From: Patescibacteria group bacterium
GTDB lineage: Bacteria > Patescibacteriota > Patescibacteriia > GWA2-46-9
Direction: 5' to 3'
NCBI GenBank assembly: GCA_041660005.1
Contig: JBAZXG010000007.1
Coordinates: forward strand, 72-64,071
Length of the DNA: 64,000 bases
A program made the translations under genes and the position numbers. Of this stretch, positions 18,638-28,929 are shown in pieces. Positions within the stretch are counted from its first letter, which is position 1. Each line of letters begins with the position of its first letter. Below the pieces are notes generated by a model that saw only the letters and a list, made by a program, of their open reading frames with translations, did not search any database and was not told the DNA's origin.

Positions 18638-19074
18638 ACTACCGACTAGTTTTTCCGCCTGTCGTTCGAGACCCTGAGGGGTTATCAGACCCCGAACGGG
18701 AGGCGGATCAGCCTGTGGCTGGCAAGACTGCTCGTTTCAACCACTCACGCCTCCTTAGACATTAGACTATTCTAAAAATAACACATGGCCGCCTTTGCGA
18801 CCATAAAGTTACGCTTTAACGAATTTGTGGCGGAAGGGGGCTACCCGACTCTTGTCAGAATGACATCTGTGGGGCTGGCAGTCTCATTCAGGCGGGGATT
18901 CGGTCACAACTCTCACCTCGTTCCCTCGGTTCGGTCGCGACCCCGCCTCGCGGTCTTGTTCGCCAGATTGCGTCACAAGACATCGCTCCGGCTTTCTCAT
19001 CCCTCACGCGAGCAAAGCAGTTTGCTCGCTCCCTTCCTCGGCGCTTTTATTTTGATCTTTTAAGGAAACTCCTC
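18638..19074. other. ~430 bp non-coding gap between two tRNA-Ser genes; hairpin-rich candidate structured RNA of unresolved identity
   Basis: Only spurious ORFs fall here. It contains nested long hairpins (CCGCCT...AGGCGG, GGAGGCG...CGCCTCC) and a terminator-like hairpin (gcgagcaaagcagtttgctcgc) followed by T-rich sequence near 19003-19060. Confidence 0.3.
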
Positions 19075-19164
19075 GGAAGGGGAGGGATTCGAACCCTCGG
19101 TACGGTAAAAACACCATACAACGGTTTAGCAAACCGTCGCCTTAGACCGCTCAGCCACCCTTCC
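19075..19164 (-). tRNA. tRNA-Ser (anticodon GCT), type II
   Basis: The reverse complement gives a GGAAGGG acceptor, an anticodon loop TTGCTAA, a long variable arm, and a T-arm GAGGGTTCGAATCCCTC. Confidence 0.8.
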
Positions 19165-19295
19165 ATGTTTACTTTGTTCTATTTAATGTGCAGAACCAGT
19201 GGTCGCAAGTGTAGCGATTGTCACCTGTTACGTCAACGAGCTTGATTGACCTTGGGTTTAAAAGATACTATAATTACTGTTAGATAAGCTTCTTT

Positions 19296-19796
19296 ATGGA
19301 GGAAATACAGAATAAAAATGACGTTGATACTGCCGTTTCTCATACCTGGGTTGTCTCGGAGTATCCTGAATATACGAGAGATCGGCAATGGTATATTGTG
19401 GCGAGTATTGTCGGCATAATTTTAGTAGGTTTAGCTATTTGGTATAGTAATTTTCTGGGTGCCGTCTTGGTACTGCTGACAGCTGTTATTGTGGTTGCCC
19501 GTCACACAACAGAAACGCCAACGTTGGCCGTTCGTTTACAAGGTGACGGTATTTCTATTGGCGAGAGTTTTTACCCTTACAGTCAGATGAAAAGTTTTTG
19601 GATTGTCTTTGAGCCACCGCACACCAAGACGCTCTATTTTGATTTTCAAAGTGCTTGGCGCCCTCGTTTGCCTATACCATTGGAGGATGCCGACCCCTTT
19701 AGCGTCCGCCAAACGTTGTTGCAGTATCTGGAGGAGGACTTAAGTCGAGAAGGGGAACCTACAAGTGACGCTCTTTCTCGGTTAATGCGGCTCTAA
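19296..19796 (+). CDS. Hypothetical 2-TM membrane protein
   Basis: 166 aa ORF with two adjacent hydrophobic helices. Confidence 0.5.
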   Translation: MEEIQNKNDVDTAVSHTWVVSEYPEYTRDRQWYIVASIVGIILVGLAIWYSNFLGAVLVLLTAVIVVARHTTETPTLAVRLQGDGISIGESFYPYSQMKSFWIVFEPPHTKTLYFDFQSAWRPRLPIPLEDADPFSVRQTLLQYLEEDLSREGEPTSDALSRLMRL

Positions 19797-19910
19797 TCAT
19801 AAGCAAAAACCGCAGCATTGCTTCTTTTTCTTTTTTCCGATAAGTTTGCTAGTATGTCGTTCAAGGGTCAAAGAGGTCCGCTTGATGCGGATGCATTTTT
19901 TTCTCTGCTT

Positions 19911-19986
19911 GTCCCCATAGCTCAACTGGATAGAGCGTCAGCTTGCGGAGCTGGAGGTTGGAGGTTCGACCCCTCCTGGGGACACC
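19911..19986 (+). tRNA. tRNA-Arg (anticodon GCG), CCA encoded
   Basis: Acceptor GTCCCCA/TGGGGAC, D-arm GCTCAACTGGATAGAGC, anticodon loop TTGCGGA, T-arm GGAGGTTCGACCCCTCC, then A plus CCA. Confidence 0.75.
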
Positions 19987-20049
19987 AGAGAAAAGCATGT
20001 ATCTTGAATCAAGGAGGTCGTTCGTATCATCACTAAAAAAGCGAGACTT

Positions 20050-22110
20050 ATGGAGTTAGCAAGTCCTGTTAAAGCTCTGCCTGGCATTGGACCGTCTGCA
20101 GAGCGCTTACTTGCGAAACTTAACATACGTTCCATTCGTGATTTATTGTTCTTCGTGCCCTCAGGGTATGAAGATTTTACGAAATTAGTAACCGTAGATC
20201 GAGCTCCTGCTGGAGCTTCAGTATCGTTGTACGGCCGCGTTTCTAACATAGCCACAAGAAAAAGCAAAAGGAATAGTCGGCTCTATATTACCGAAGGTAT
20301 TTTTCAAGATAGTTCAGGAGCAGTACCAATCATTTGGTTTAGCCGCTTTGTCCGCGCCAGGTTTCCTCAAAACGAGATGGTTACGCTTTCCGGCCGTATC
20401 ACATTACAGCACAGTAAACGACAAATAGTTAACCCACTTTGGGAGCCGGCTTCCGATAAGTTGTTCGTAGCCGGCCAGTTACTTCCTTTGTATCCGCTGA
20501 CTGCTGGGCTGTCGCAGTGGCAGCTTCGGCGATGGGCGAAAAGTGCGATTGAATTAGTTGAACAATTAGAGGAACCACTTTCTTCATTATTACTAAAAAA
20601 ACTTAAGTTACCGACATTAAAGCAAGCACTTCGGATGCTGCATCAGCCGCGCTCAAGCGCCGACGTAGAGGTTGCGCAGAATCGGTTGGCATTTGATGAA
20701 CTTATACTTCGTTGTTTGGCTGGGTTGACGCTTCTCGCAAAACGGCGACAAGAGCAAGCACCGCAAATTACTATTAGCAAAAAAGAGCGTGAGGGTTTAG
20801 AAAAAGCAGTGCCATTTGTATTACATAAAGAGCAGCGTGAAGCCTTGAAGGAAGTACTGGACGACATGGAAAAACCGTATCCTATGCAGCGTTTACTACA
20901 GGGCGAAGTGGGCAGCGGAAAAACCGCCGTTGCTGCTCTGGCTGCGTTTTCCTCAGCGAAAGTAGGCTGGCAGACATTGTATATTGTGCCGACAGAGCTG
21001 CTTGCTCGGCAACAGTATGACGTTTTAGAAAAATGGTTCAGTCGGCTTGGCGTTTCTGTTGCTTTGTTAACCGCTAAACGCACAGAGAAAAATGGCAAAT
21101 CAATCAGTCGTTCTGTCTTAGAATCTGAACTCGCGAGTGGCGCTGTTTCTATGGTCGTGGGAACGCAGTCTCTTTTTAATACGCGCGTCCGATTTAAAAA
21201 ACTTGGGCTGGTGATCGTCGATGAGCAGCATCGATTTGGTGTTCAACAGCGGTTTTTAGTTCAACGAAAAGGCGGAGCATTTACTCCCCACCTTCTCTCA
21301 ATGACCGCAACGCCAATTCCGCGAACCATGCGCCTTGTTTATTATGCAGACCTTGCGCTCTCCACGATCCACGAAGCGGCGTTAGGTACGCGTAAAGTGC
21401 TAACAGCACTGGTGCGGCCATCTGAACGAATTGAGGTTGAACGGAGGTTACGCAAGCGGGTAATAGCCGGTGAGCAAGCGTATATCGTCTGTCCAGTGGT
21501 GAATCCTTCTAGTCAAATTGAAGCTCGTGCAGCAAGTGCCGAATATCAGAGATTAGCGCAGCAGGTTTTTCCTGATGTTTCAGTTGGCTACGTCCAAGGG
21601 AAAATGAAGGACGGGGAAAAAGAAAACGCGCTTCTTCGTTTTCGGTCTGGCAAAACGCGCATCTTGGTTGCGACGTCAGTTGTTGAAGTTGGCGTAGACG
21701 TGACAAATGCCAGCATTATGATTATTGAGTCCGCAGAACGTTTCGGGTTGGCACAACTGCATCAGTTGCGTGGTCGCGTCGGCAGATCTGGCAAAGACGC
21801 ATATTGTCTGCTGTTTACGGGTAGTACTGACGAAGTAGTTCTTGAACGGTTACGTTTTTTTGCAAAAACAAAAAATGCTTTTGTTTTGGCTGAACATGAT
21901 TTGGCATTGCGCGGACCAGGTGATTGGTTTGGCACGGAACAATCCGGCTTTCCAGATATGCGTTTTGCATCATTGCAAAATGAAGAACTACGGGAAACAG
22001 CAGAACGGTCTGCCGCTGAATTGTTAGAGCAAGATCCTGAGTTGTCTCAAGTGCCCGAGCTAAGACGGCAGGTTCAGGAGTTACTCAAAAAAGCGACGCT
22101 GCCTTCTTAA
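20050..22110 (+). CDS. recG: ATP-dependent DNA helicase RecG
   Basis: Walker A motif GEVGSGKTAVA and a DEQHRFGV box. Length and N-terminal wedge region are RecG-like. Confidence 0.9.
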   Translation: MELASPVKALPGIGPSAERLLAKLNIRSIRDLLFFVPSGYEDFTKLVTVDRAPAGASVSLYGRVSNIATRKSKRNSRLYITEGIFQDSSGAVPIIWFSRFVRARFPQNEMVTLSGRITLQHSKRQIVNPLWEPASDKLFVAGQLLPLYPLTAGLSQWQLRRWAKSAIELVEQLEEPLSSLLLKKLKLPTLKQALRMLHQPRSSADVEVAQNRLAFDELILRCLAGLTLLAKRRQEQAPQITISKKEREGLEKAVPFVLHKEQREALKEVLDDMEKPYPMQRLLQGEVGSGKTAVAALAAFSSAKVGWQTLYIVPTELLARQQYDVLEKWFSRLGVSVALLTAKRTEKNGKSISRSVLESELASGAVSMVVGTQSLFNTRVRFKKLGLVIVDEQHRFGVQQRFLVQRKGGAFTPHLLSMTATPIPRTMRLVYYADLALSTIHEAALGTRKVLTALVRPSERIEVERRLRKRVIAGEQAYIVCPVVNPSSQIEARAASAEYQRLAQQVFPDVSVGYVQGKMKDGEKENALLRFRSGKTRILVATSVVEVGVDVTNASIMIIESAERFGLAQLHQLRGRVGRSGKDAYCLLFTGSTDEVVLERLRFFAKTKNAFVLAEHDLALRGPGDWFGTEQSGFPDMRFASLQNEELRETAERSAAELLEQDPELSQVPELRRQVQELLKKATLPS

Positions 22111-23474
22111 TGGGTGCGTTGAGGAAAGGCAACTTCTACAGCAGTTTTAATGTTGTCCGCTTGGTGAACCAGAAAATTTTTAGTCTTTGTTTCAAATTTC
22201 TGCTCAGGAATAACGGCCTGACGGAAACTGACGCGTGCAGCGGTCTCAATTCTCCGTGACAACTCTGTAACGCTTCTGAGTTCCCCGTGCAGACCGAGTT
22301 CTCCGCAGGCAATCATATCATGCGGCAGCGTGCTGTTTTGTGTGGCTGATACGATTGCTAAAGCTACGGCTAAATCCGCTGCCGGCTCAGTAACTTTGAG
22401 GCCACCAACAATGTTTAAGTGTACGTCGCGGTAAGCGAGTGGCAGACCGAGATGTTTTGTTAGGACTGCAATCAAAAGCTGCAACCGATTGAGATCAAAG
22501 CCTGTGGTGCGGCGTTGGGGGTGCGTAAAACGGGTTTTTGCCACGAGCGCCTGCACTTCAACCAGAAACACTCGTGAACCCTTGAGCGCTGGTAAGATAA
22601 TCGTTCCTGGAGCGAGAGGTCTTTTTTTATTAAGAAACGCCGCAGCGGGGTTTGCCATTTCTATTAGACCCTTACCCTCCATGCGCCAAATGCCCACCTC
22701 TGTAATGCCGCCGAAGCGATTTTTGGTAGCGTACAATACGCGATGTTCGCCCTCTTCTGAGGCGTCGAAATAGAGGACAGCATCAACCAAGTGTTCTAGT
22801 AATTTTGGTCCGGCTACAATGCCACCCTTGGTAACATGTCCAACAATGACGATAGGAACGTTTGTTGTTTTAGCAAGTTCCATCAGAGCTTCAAGAGCGT
22901 CGCGTAGTTCTCCTGGTCGGCCAGCCGTTGTTCCGTTTACTGAGCGAATAGTTTGTAGCGAATCAATAATAACGAGTTGTGGACTGGTTTCAGTCATTGC
23001 GGCTGTGATGGATGGAATAGTAGAGTCGCCCAAGAAGTGGAGATTATCAGGTCGGGCTTCCAAGCGATCAAGGCGTAGGCGAATTTGTTCTCCAGACTCT
23101 TCACCTGAAACGTAGAGAACTGGTTGGATAATATTAAGCCCCGCCATTCGGCTCGCTATTTGGAGTAGTAAGGTTGACTTACCAACCCCAGGATTACCAC
23201 CAAGGAGTATAAGCGCTCCGGGCACTATTCCACCACCGAGGACTCTATCAAATTCAGAACTGCCAGTGGACAAACGTTTTGCGTCTCCATCATTGGCGCG
23301 AAGACTGCTAAAAGTGACGGCTTTATTGCTTACCTTTGCGGTGCCCTCTTTTTTAGAAAGAACTTGATGAGCGCTCAGCGTATCCCATGACCCGCATTCG
23401 CGGCATCTTCCCTCCCAACGGGGGAATTGGGCGTCGCATTTACTACAGCGAAATACTGTTTTGGGTCCGGACAT
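22107..23474 (-). CDS. radA: DNA repair protein RadA/Sms
   Basis: N-terminal C4 zinc finger (CSKCDAQFPRWEGRCRECGSW), Walker A motif GGNPGVGKSTLLLQ, and a Lon-like C-terminal domain. Confidence 0.9.
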   Translation of the reverse strand: MSGPKTVFRCSKCDAQFPRWEGRCRECGSWDTLSAHQVLSKKEGTAKVSNKAVTFSSLRANDGDAKRLSTGSSEFDRVLGGGIVPGALILLGGNPGVGKSTLLLQIASRMAGLNIIQPVLYVSGEESGEQIRLRLDRLEARPDNLHFLGDSTIPSITAAMTETSPQLVIIDSLQTIRSVNGTTAGRPGELRDALEALMELAKTTNVPIVIVGHVTKGGIVAGPKLLEHLVDAVLYFDASEEGEHRVLYATKNRFGGITEVGIWRMEGKGLIEMANPAAAFLNKKRPLAPGTIILPALKGSRVFLVEVQALVAKTRFTHPQRRTTGFDLNRLQLLIAVLTKHLGLPLAYRDVHLNIVGGLKVTEPAADLAVALAIVSATQNSTLPHDMIACGELGLHGELRSVTELSRRIETAARVSFRQAVIPEQKFETKTKNFLVHQADNIKTAVEVAFPQRTH

Positions 23475-23482
23475 GGAGATTT

Positions 23483-24565
23483 TTAATTTGCCTCACATCC
23501 AGGAATACTAACGTGATAGTGGTTTTTTTCGTTAAGCGTGTAGCCAGCATGGCAAGTTGTTTTGGCGGCCTCTTCTAGTTGGCTATAGGGCATAGTGTTG
23601 TCAATATCAACTCCACACGAGAAACCGACCTGGTCTCCAGCTTGAACCGTACCATTCTTTCCGCCGTAGTGTGCCGACATTTTTGTTGCAGAACATTCAT
23701 GTTGACAACTACCTTTGCCTTTTGTTGCACATTCCCAAGGTCGGCAGGTGCCTGCTGAAATGTTGCTGTCGGAAATGCTATTGATCGTTATCGGTACTTG
23801 TTTACCGATACAATTAATCAATGCTGCAAGCGCAGGTGAAGCGTCTGCCATTTGTCGTTCGATCGTGCCCTGAAAGTTAATGTCATCGCCATTGTTACTC
23901 GCTTTCGGTTTTTGGCAGCAACACACTTGAAAAAATCCCGGTCCACCAGTACATGCTGTTTCGGGACTACCATTTAAATCAACCGAGCCATCAGGGCATG
24001 CATTTCCTGGAGATATAAGTGGCATTGATTGTGAGTTTTGCCAGGAACACAAGCCAGCGTATTTAATAAGAGCCACCTGTTTTAAAGGAACGTTTTTGAC
24101 AGAAATGACAGCTAGTGACTTGAAAGTAACGAGGTCGGGGTTGACGATGTAGAGAACCGTATAAGATCCAAGCATGAGCACGAGGCCAAGGAGAGCGCCG
24201 CTTGCATAGTTTTTTGCTTGCTCAATGCGCGTTGTGTTTCCTGCAGCCGTTAGCCAAATGAAACCTGCGACAGCAAGAACAATAGCCGCGAGTACTGAAG
24301 CTGCATAGATGGCAAAGGTATATATGCCATTTAAATATTGGCCAATCCAAGGAAAAAAGATGCAGTCTTGACCAACGCCAACTGGGCCTACTTCGGCGGG
24401 GCATGGCCCGGTCGGAGGTTTAACAAATTTGCTAACCCCGGGTATGGTGATGGTCGGATTTGGAAGGGTGAAGATTGGTTCCGTATTCTGAGCAAAAGTT
24501 GCGACAGGCAGGCAGACCAGAAAAAGAGTTACTGCAAGCACGCCAAGCATTGCGTATCGTTTCAT
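23483..24565 (-). CDS. Exported Cys-rich protein with two central hydrophobic helices
   Basis: Signal peptide, many Cys in the C-terminal half, and translational coupling to the downstream dsbA-like gene. Confidence 0.5.
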   Translation of the reverse strand: MKRYAMLGVLAVTLFLVCLPVATFAQNTEPIFTLPNPTITIPGVSKFVKPPTGPCPAEVGPVGVGQDCIFFPWIGQYLNGIYTFAIYAASVLAAIVLAVAGFIWLTAAGNTTRIEQAKNYASGALLGLVLMLGSYTVLYIVNPDLVTFKSLAVISVKNVPLKQVALIKYAGLCSWQNSQSMPLISPGNACPDGSVDLNGSPETACTGGPGFFQVCCCQKPKASNNGDDINFQGTIERQMADASPALAALINCIGKQVPITINSISDSNISAGTCRPWECATKGKGSCQHECSATKMSAHYGGKNGTVQAGDQVGFSCGVDIDNTMPYSQLEEAAKTTCHAGYTLNEKNHYHVSIPGCEAN

Positions 24566-24567
24566 GG

Positions 24568-25275
24568 TTATGGCGTTATTGTTTTGTGAAGCTGAATAAC
24601 CTGGTTGAGTTCCTCTGCGGTTAGAAGCCCTGAAATGCGCTGGTCACCAATAAAGAGATAGGGGGTTCCATCAACACCAAGTGCGTTGCCTTCTTTTATA
24701 TTTTTCAATATGACTCCCTTTGCCTCATCACTTTGCAGGCACGAAGAAAAAGTTATCGGGTTTAAGTGAAGATTTTGAGCAATCGTTAAAAAAGTTGTTC
24801 GGTCGAGTTCCTGTGCAGCAAAAATCTGGTCATGGAACTCCCAAAATTTTCCTTGCGCTCCAGCACACCGAGCAGCCAGGTGCGCACTCGCCGCTTCAGG
24901 GTGGAGTTGGTTAATAGGGAAGTCGCGCCAGATGAGCTTCACCACCCCCGGGTTTTCATCGATAGCTTGCTTTAAAAGACTAGCCATTACCCGACAGTAT
25001 GGACAAGCGAAGTCAGAAAATTCGAAAATAGTTACCGCGGCGGTAGTGTTGCCGTATATAAAATCATCTTGCCGCTCAGACGGTAGTGTTATCTCCACAG
25101 AGTCGACTTTCGTAATAAGCGGGTCTTGCGTTGTAGAGTAGTGGGGATTTGTGCCGGAGTTTTCAATAGAAGAGGACCGACCGAGTGAAGAGAAAACAAG
25201 GTAGCCAATCGTTCCCGCGACAATGAGAAGAATGCCAATAGTTAGGAGAACAGCGTTGCGGTGTGCCTGCGTCAT
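24568..25275 (-). CDS. dsbA: DsbA-like thiol:disulfide oxidoreductase, membrane anchored
   Basis: CxxC active site (FSDFACPYCRV) and a thioredoxin-fold layout. Confidence 0.7.
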   Translation of the reverse strand: MTQAHRNAVLLTIGILLIVAGTIGYLVFSSLGRSSSIENSGTNPHYSTTQDPLITKVDSVEITLPSERQDDFIYGNTTAAVTIFEFSDFACPYCRVMASLLKQAIDENPGVVKLIWRDFPINQLHPEAASAHLAARCAGAQGKFWEFHDQIFAAQELDRTTFLTIAQNLHLNPITFSSCLQSDEAKGVILKNIKEGNALGVDGTPYLFIGDQRISGLLTAEELNQVIQLHKTITP

Positions 25276-26477
25276 AAAGCAACCGTGAATATGCCGCCAT
25301 TTTGCGCGTCTTCAATAAAGAGTTTTGACCCGTCTTTACTGGTGTAGAGCGATCGTGCCGTAATGGGAACATTCGGATCACCGACGAGAGTTTTTTGACC
25401 TGTCTTAAGATCGATTTCGTAAATCGAATCCGGTATTGTGGCGGCAATATCAGGAGTTAAGCCAGCCCCGTCAGGCAGCGACTGAGGAACTGCGCAGTAC
25501 AATCGGTCATTACTACTGAATGTACACTTGTTGGCCCAGGTGTTAACACTGAGACTTCGTCGGCCAGTCCCTATTTGTTCGCCGGAGGCGTTGACTATCC
25601 ATAGTTCAGGACGATAGCCGCTTCTGGCCGACGTAACACTATAAAGTAGTTGTTGGCCGTCAGGAGTCCACGAGGGGACGAAACCAAGTCCGGGTACGGT
25701 CAAAGAACGGAAGTTTTCTCCCTGGAGACCAATGAAAAAAATCTCCTGTTGATCTGCTCCGGATGGCTTGTGTTGTAGTCCGACGACTTGTCCTGTTGGC
25801 GACCACGCCACTGTTACCGAGTCAGCGTTTGCTCCGAGTGGTTCGATGGCCTCTGATCCGCTGCCGTCAGGGTTAGCAATGCCGAGCCATCGGTTATCAA
25901 CATCGAGTCCCATACTCTTAAAGGCAAGCTGTTTTCCAGTGTCATTGAATGAAAAGTCTTCCCAGTGTTGTGGCAACGTGACTTGATGTTTTGATTGAAA
26001 GTTATAAAGAATATTCGCGCCGTCCGGAAATTCAAGCACCGCCTGACTACGATCCGGAGCCCAGGTGACTGATTGTACAGAAGGGAATTTAGCATTAGTA
26101 AGAGACTGAATGTTTCCAGATGAATCACTTTTACCAAATGTGCCGTCTGCTGCATTGTAGAAAAGAAGGCCATTGGTCGTTGGGTCAAGGGTTGAGAAAC
26201 GCGCATTTTCGTTAATAAGTTTTTGTGTCTTCAGTTGACCAGTGCCTTGACCTGCTGGTCCTGCTGGTAGAGACCCTGTTCCAGCAGAGGGGATGACTGA
26301 CGGTTGACCAGTGTTGGCAGTCGGCAAGTTGGCTCCCGGTATGCCATTATTGATGGTTGGTGTGACGGCAGATGGCATTGATCGGAAGAACATAACATAG
26401 AGAAGCGCAGCCAAAAGGACACAAAGAAACAAAAAACCAACGATGAGCAATAGGCGACGGTTAATAAAGTTTGGCAT
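25272..26477 (-). CDS. Membrane-anchored beta-propeller (TolB/PD40-like) protein
   Basis: Start chosen at MPNFINRR so the gene does not overlap clpC. One TM helix followed by repeated WxPDG-like beta strands. Confidence 0.45.
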   Translation of the reverse strand: MPNFINRRLLLIVGFLFLCVLLAALLYVMFFRSMPSAVTPTINNGIPGANLPTANTGQPSVIPSAGTGSLPAGPAGQGTGQLKTQKLINENARFSTLDPTTNGLLFYNAADGTFGKSDSSGNIQSLTNAKFPSVQSVTWAPDRSQAVLEFPDGANILYNFQSKHQVTLPQHWEDFSFNDTGKQLAFKSMGLDVDNRWLGIANPDGSGSEAIEPLGANADSVTVAWSPTGQVVGLQHKPSGADQQEIFFIGLQGENFRSLTVPGLGFVPSWTPDGQQLLYSVTSARSGYRPELWIVNASGEQIGTGRRSLSVNTWANKCTFSSNDRLYCAVPQSLPDGAGLTPDIAATIPDSIYEIDLKTGQKTLVGDPNVPITARSLYTSKDGSKLFIEDAQNGGIFTVAL

Positions 26478-26481
26478 AAGG

Positions 26482-28929
26482 TTATTGTAGGATCCAATGG
26501 CGACCTTGTCGATCCATGGTGTAGGTACGTGGTGTGTTGACCGGCCGTGATACAATTTTCTTGGCGAGTTCCCCTTCAACGATAGATCGGAAAATCGCCA
26601 AAAGAGCTCTCGCTCCACCCTCTTGTTTTGCTGCCATGTTCATGAGCTCTTTGCGTGCCTTGGTGCTTACTTCAATGGTAGCACCATGATCTCGCAGTCG
26701 TTCGTTAAGATTAATAATTTCACGGTTCAGTATCGCCGTCATGTTCTCTTCTGTCAGTGGCAGCAAGGGAAGAATGGTATCAAAGCGGTGCAGTAATTCC
26801 GCAGGTAATAGTTGCTTGGTCGCTTCAAGAATTTCATCTTGGAGCATGCGATTGCTATCCGCTCCGCCGTTACCGAATCCCAGGTTTGTTTTTCCTTGAG
26901 GGCTCGGGTTAACCGTGGCAATGAGAATAGTTTGCTTAAAATTAACTAGTCGACCGGTTGCGTCGCGTAGCGCCCCTTCGTCCAAAATTTGTAGCAGCAA
27001 TTGGTTGACATCTTTATGCGCACGGTTAAGTTCGTCAAAAAGAATGACGCGGTACGGTCGGCGGCGGACCTCTTCAGTGAGGATGCCGCTTTCTTTGTAG
27101 CCGACGTATCCGGCGGGTGCGCCGATGAGTTTAGAAACAGTAAACCCTTCAGCGAATTCACTCATGTCGAAATGCAACAGTGCCGCTTCGTCGCCAAAAA
27201 GAACTTTGGCGATTGTTTTCGCCAGCGTTGTTTTACCGACGCCACTCGGACCACTCAAAAGGAATGAAGCTAGTGGCCGTTTGCGATTTGATAATCCAAG
27301 CGAAGTTCGGCGAATTGTTTCGGCAATCGTTTTGCGCACATCGTCGTGCCCGAAAAAGTTTTGCGCCAAATCTTGCTCCAAACGTTTGAGCCGGTGCTGC
27401 TCGTTAAGGGTAACTTCGTTGACGGGGATGCGCGTCCAGTTAGTAATAACCGCTGCTACAGCGCGTTCATCAACAATTGGTTTCGTTTCTTCTTGGGAAA
27501 CGAGTAGACGCTCTAACTCTTGGCGTCGTTCGTGATGGCGACGAGCTTCCTCCCTCCAGTGAATTGCTTCTTCAAATTTTTCACGGATAGTAGCAGCCTC
27601 TTTTCTCTTGACTGCCAAGCGCTCCGCTTGCATGAGTTCGTAGTGGCGCTCTGCTTCAGCCGAGGGGCGAGCCGCCAAGCTTATGCGAGCCGCGGCTTCG
27701 TCAATAAGGTCTATGGCTTTATCAGGGAAAAAACGGTCTGGGAGGTAGCGGTCGGCGTAGCGCACTGCAGCGTCCAACGCCGCGTCGCTAATGCGAACGC
27801 CGTGGTGCTTTTCATAGTTGCTCTTGAGGCCCTCAAGAATGTTTCGCGTTGCTGCGGCACTCGGTTCATCAACATGAATTGGTTGAAACCTGCGCTCTAA
27901 CGCTCCATCGGTCTCAATATGTTGGCGATATTCTTGCATGGTAGTGGCCCCGATGCAGCGGATGTCTCCTCGCGCGAGTGCAGGTTTCAGAAGGTTGGCA
28001 GCATCTATTGAGCCGCTGGCTGCACCGGCGCCGACGATGGTGTGGAGTTCGTCGATGAAGACAATGAGGTCCCTTGAGCGCTTCAATTCCTCAATAACTT
28101 GGCGTATGCGGTTTTCAAATTCTCCTCGAAACATCGTGCCCGCAACAAGAGAACCGATATCGAGCGCCACAATACGCTTGCCTCGCAGTTGAGCAGGTAC
28201 TTTTCCTTCGCTAATGCGTTTGGCGAGACCTTCAACGATTGCCGTTTTGCCGACACCGGGGTCGCCAAGGAGCACGGGATTGTTTTTGGTGCGGCGCACG
28301 AGTACCTGCATCAGTCGCTCAATTTCTTGATCGCGACCAATAACTGGATCCAGTGTTTTTGCGTGTTCAACATCCGTGAGATCAATACCAAATCCTTTGA
28401 GCGCGGCCGGCAAGTCATCGCCGCTGCTATCTGCTGGTTCTTCGGCGACGTCAATAAATGTTTCAGTGAGCTCTGGCAGTTTTGCGTTGCTCTTTAAAAT
28501 CATATCGAGCTGATCTTTGAGTGCGGTGGTGTCCCACGGAAAACGCAGTTTGTAGCGTTCGATTTCTGGTCCAGGATCTTCAAGAATGGCGAAGAGCATA
28601 TGTTCAGTGCCGATGTAAGGATGCGTTGATTGGTAGGCAACGAGAGCCGCTGCCATGAGTCTCGACTGAGAACGATTTGAAAGTTGTGGTTTTCCCCGAC
28701 CAGTGAGTGTGGCTTCTTTAATGATTGTTGTGAGCCCTGGGATATCAAGTTTTGTTTCCGTCAGTAGTTCTGCAGCAATTGATCCTCTGTTTTCGGCGAG
28801 GGCGAGCAATAAATGAATTGGTTCAATAAGCTTTTGCTTTATGGTGGCCGCATGCTCGGTTGCATGGCGCAGGGCAGTGGTCAGATTTTGGCTAAATTTT
28901 TCGTTGCCGTGGTGTATTGGTTGTTTCAT
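26482..28929 (-). CDS. clpC: Clp ATPase ClpC (two AAA+ domains, Clp_N repeats)
   Basis: First Walker A motif [15 protein letters not shown], second Walker A motif [14 protein letters not shown], and N-terminal Clp_N repeats. Confidence 0.85.
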   Translation of the reverse strand: MKQPIHHGNEKFSQNLTTALRHATEHAATIKQKLIEPIHLLLALAENRGSIAAELLTETKLDIPGLTTIIKEATLTGRGKPQLSNRSQSRLMAAALVAYQSTHPYIGTEHMLFAILEDPGPEIERYKLRFPWDTTALKDQLDMILKSNAKLPELTETFIDVAEEPADSSGDDLPAALKGFGIDLTDVEHAKTLDPVIGRDQEIERLMQVLVRRTKNNPVLLGDPGVGKTAIVEGLAKRISEGKVPAQLRGKRIVALDIGSLVAGTMFRGEFENRIRQVIEELKRSRDLIVFIDELHTIVGAGAASGSIDAANLLKPALARGDIRCIGATTMQEYRQHIETDGALERRFQPIHVDEPSAAATRNILEGLKSNYEKHHGVRISDAALDAAVRYADRYLPDRFFPDKAIDLIDEAAARISLAARPSAEAERHYELMQAERLAVKRKEAATIREKFEEAIHWREEARRHHERRQELERLLVSQEETKPIVDERAVAAVITNWTRIPVNEVTLNEQHRLKRLEQDLAQNFFGHDDVRKTIAETIRRTSLGLSNRKRPLASFLLSGPSGVGKTTLAKTIAKVLFGDEAALLHFDMSEFAEGFTVSKLIGAPAGYVGYKESGILTEEVRRRPYRVILFDELNRAHKDVNQLLLQILDEGALRDATGRLVNFKQTILIATVNPSPQGKTNLGFGNGGADSNRMLQDEILEATKQLLPAELLHRFDTILPLLPLTEENMTAILNREIINLNERLRDHGATIEVSTKARKELMNMAAKQEGGARALLAIFRSIVEGELAKKIVSRPVNTPRTYTMDRQGRHWILQ

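Noticed and set aside
18508-19063. Plus-strand ORFs 18508-18765 and 18785-19063 from the six-frame track
   Set aside because: They overlap tRNA-Ser genes or lie in the hairpin-rich gap. The proteins are low-complexity and Arg/Ser-rich, with no start context.
18638-19074. Identification of the inter-tRNA gap as tmRNA, RNase P RNA or SRP RNA
   Set aside because: I could not find the P4 GGAAAGTCCGG core, the tmRNA tRNA-like ends with resume codon, or the SRP GGAA-GGAAGCAGC domain IV by eye. It is left as an unassigned candidate.
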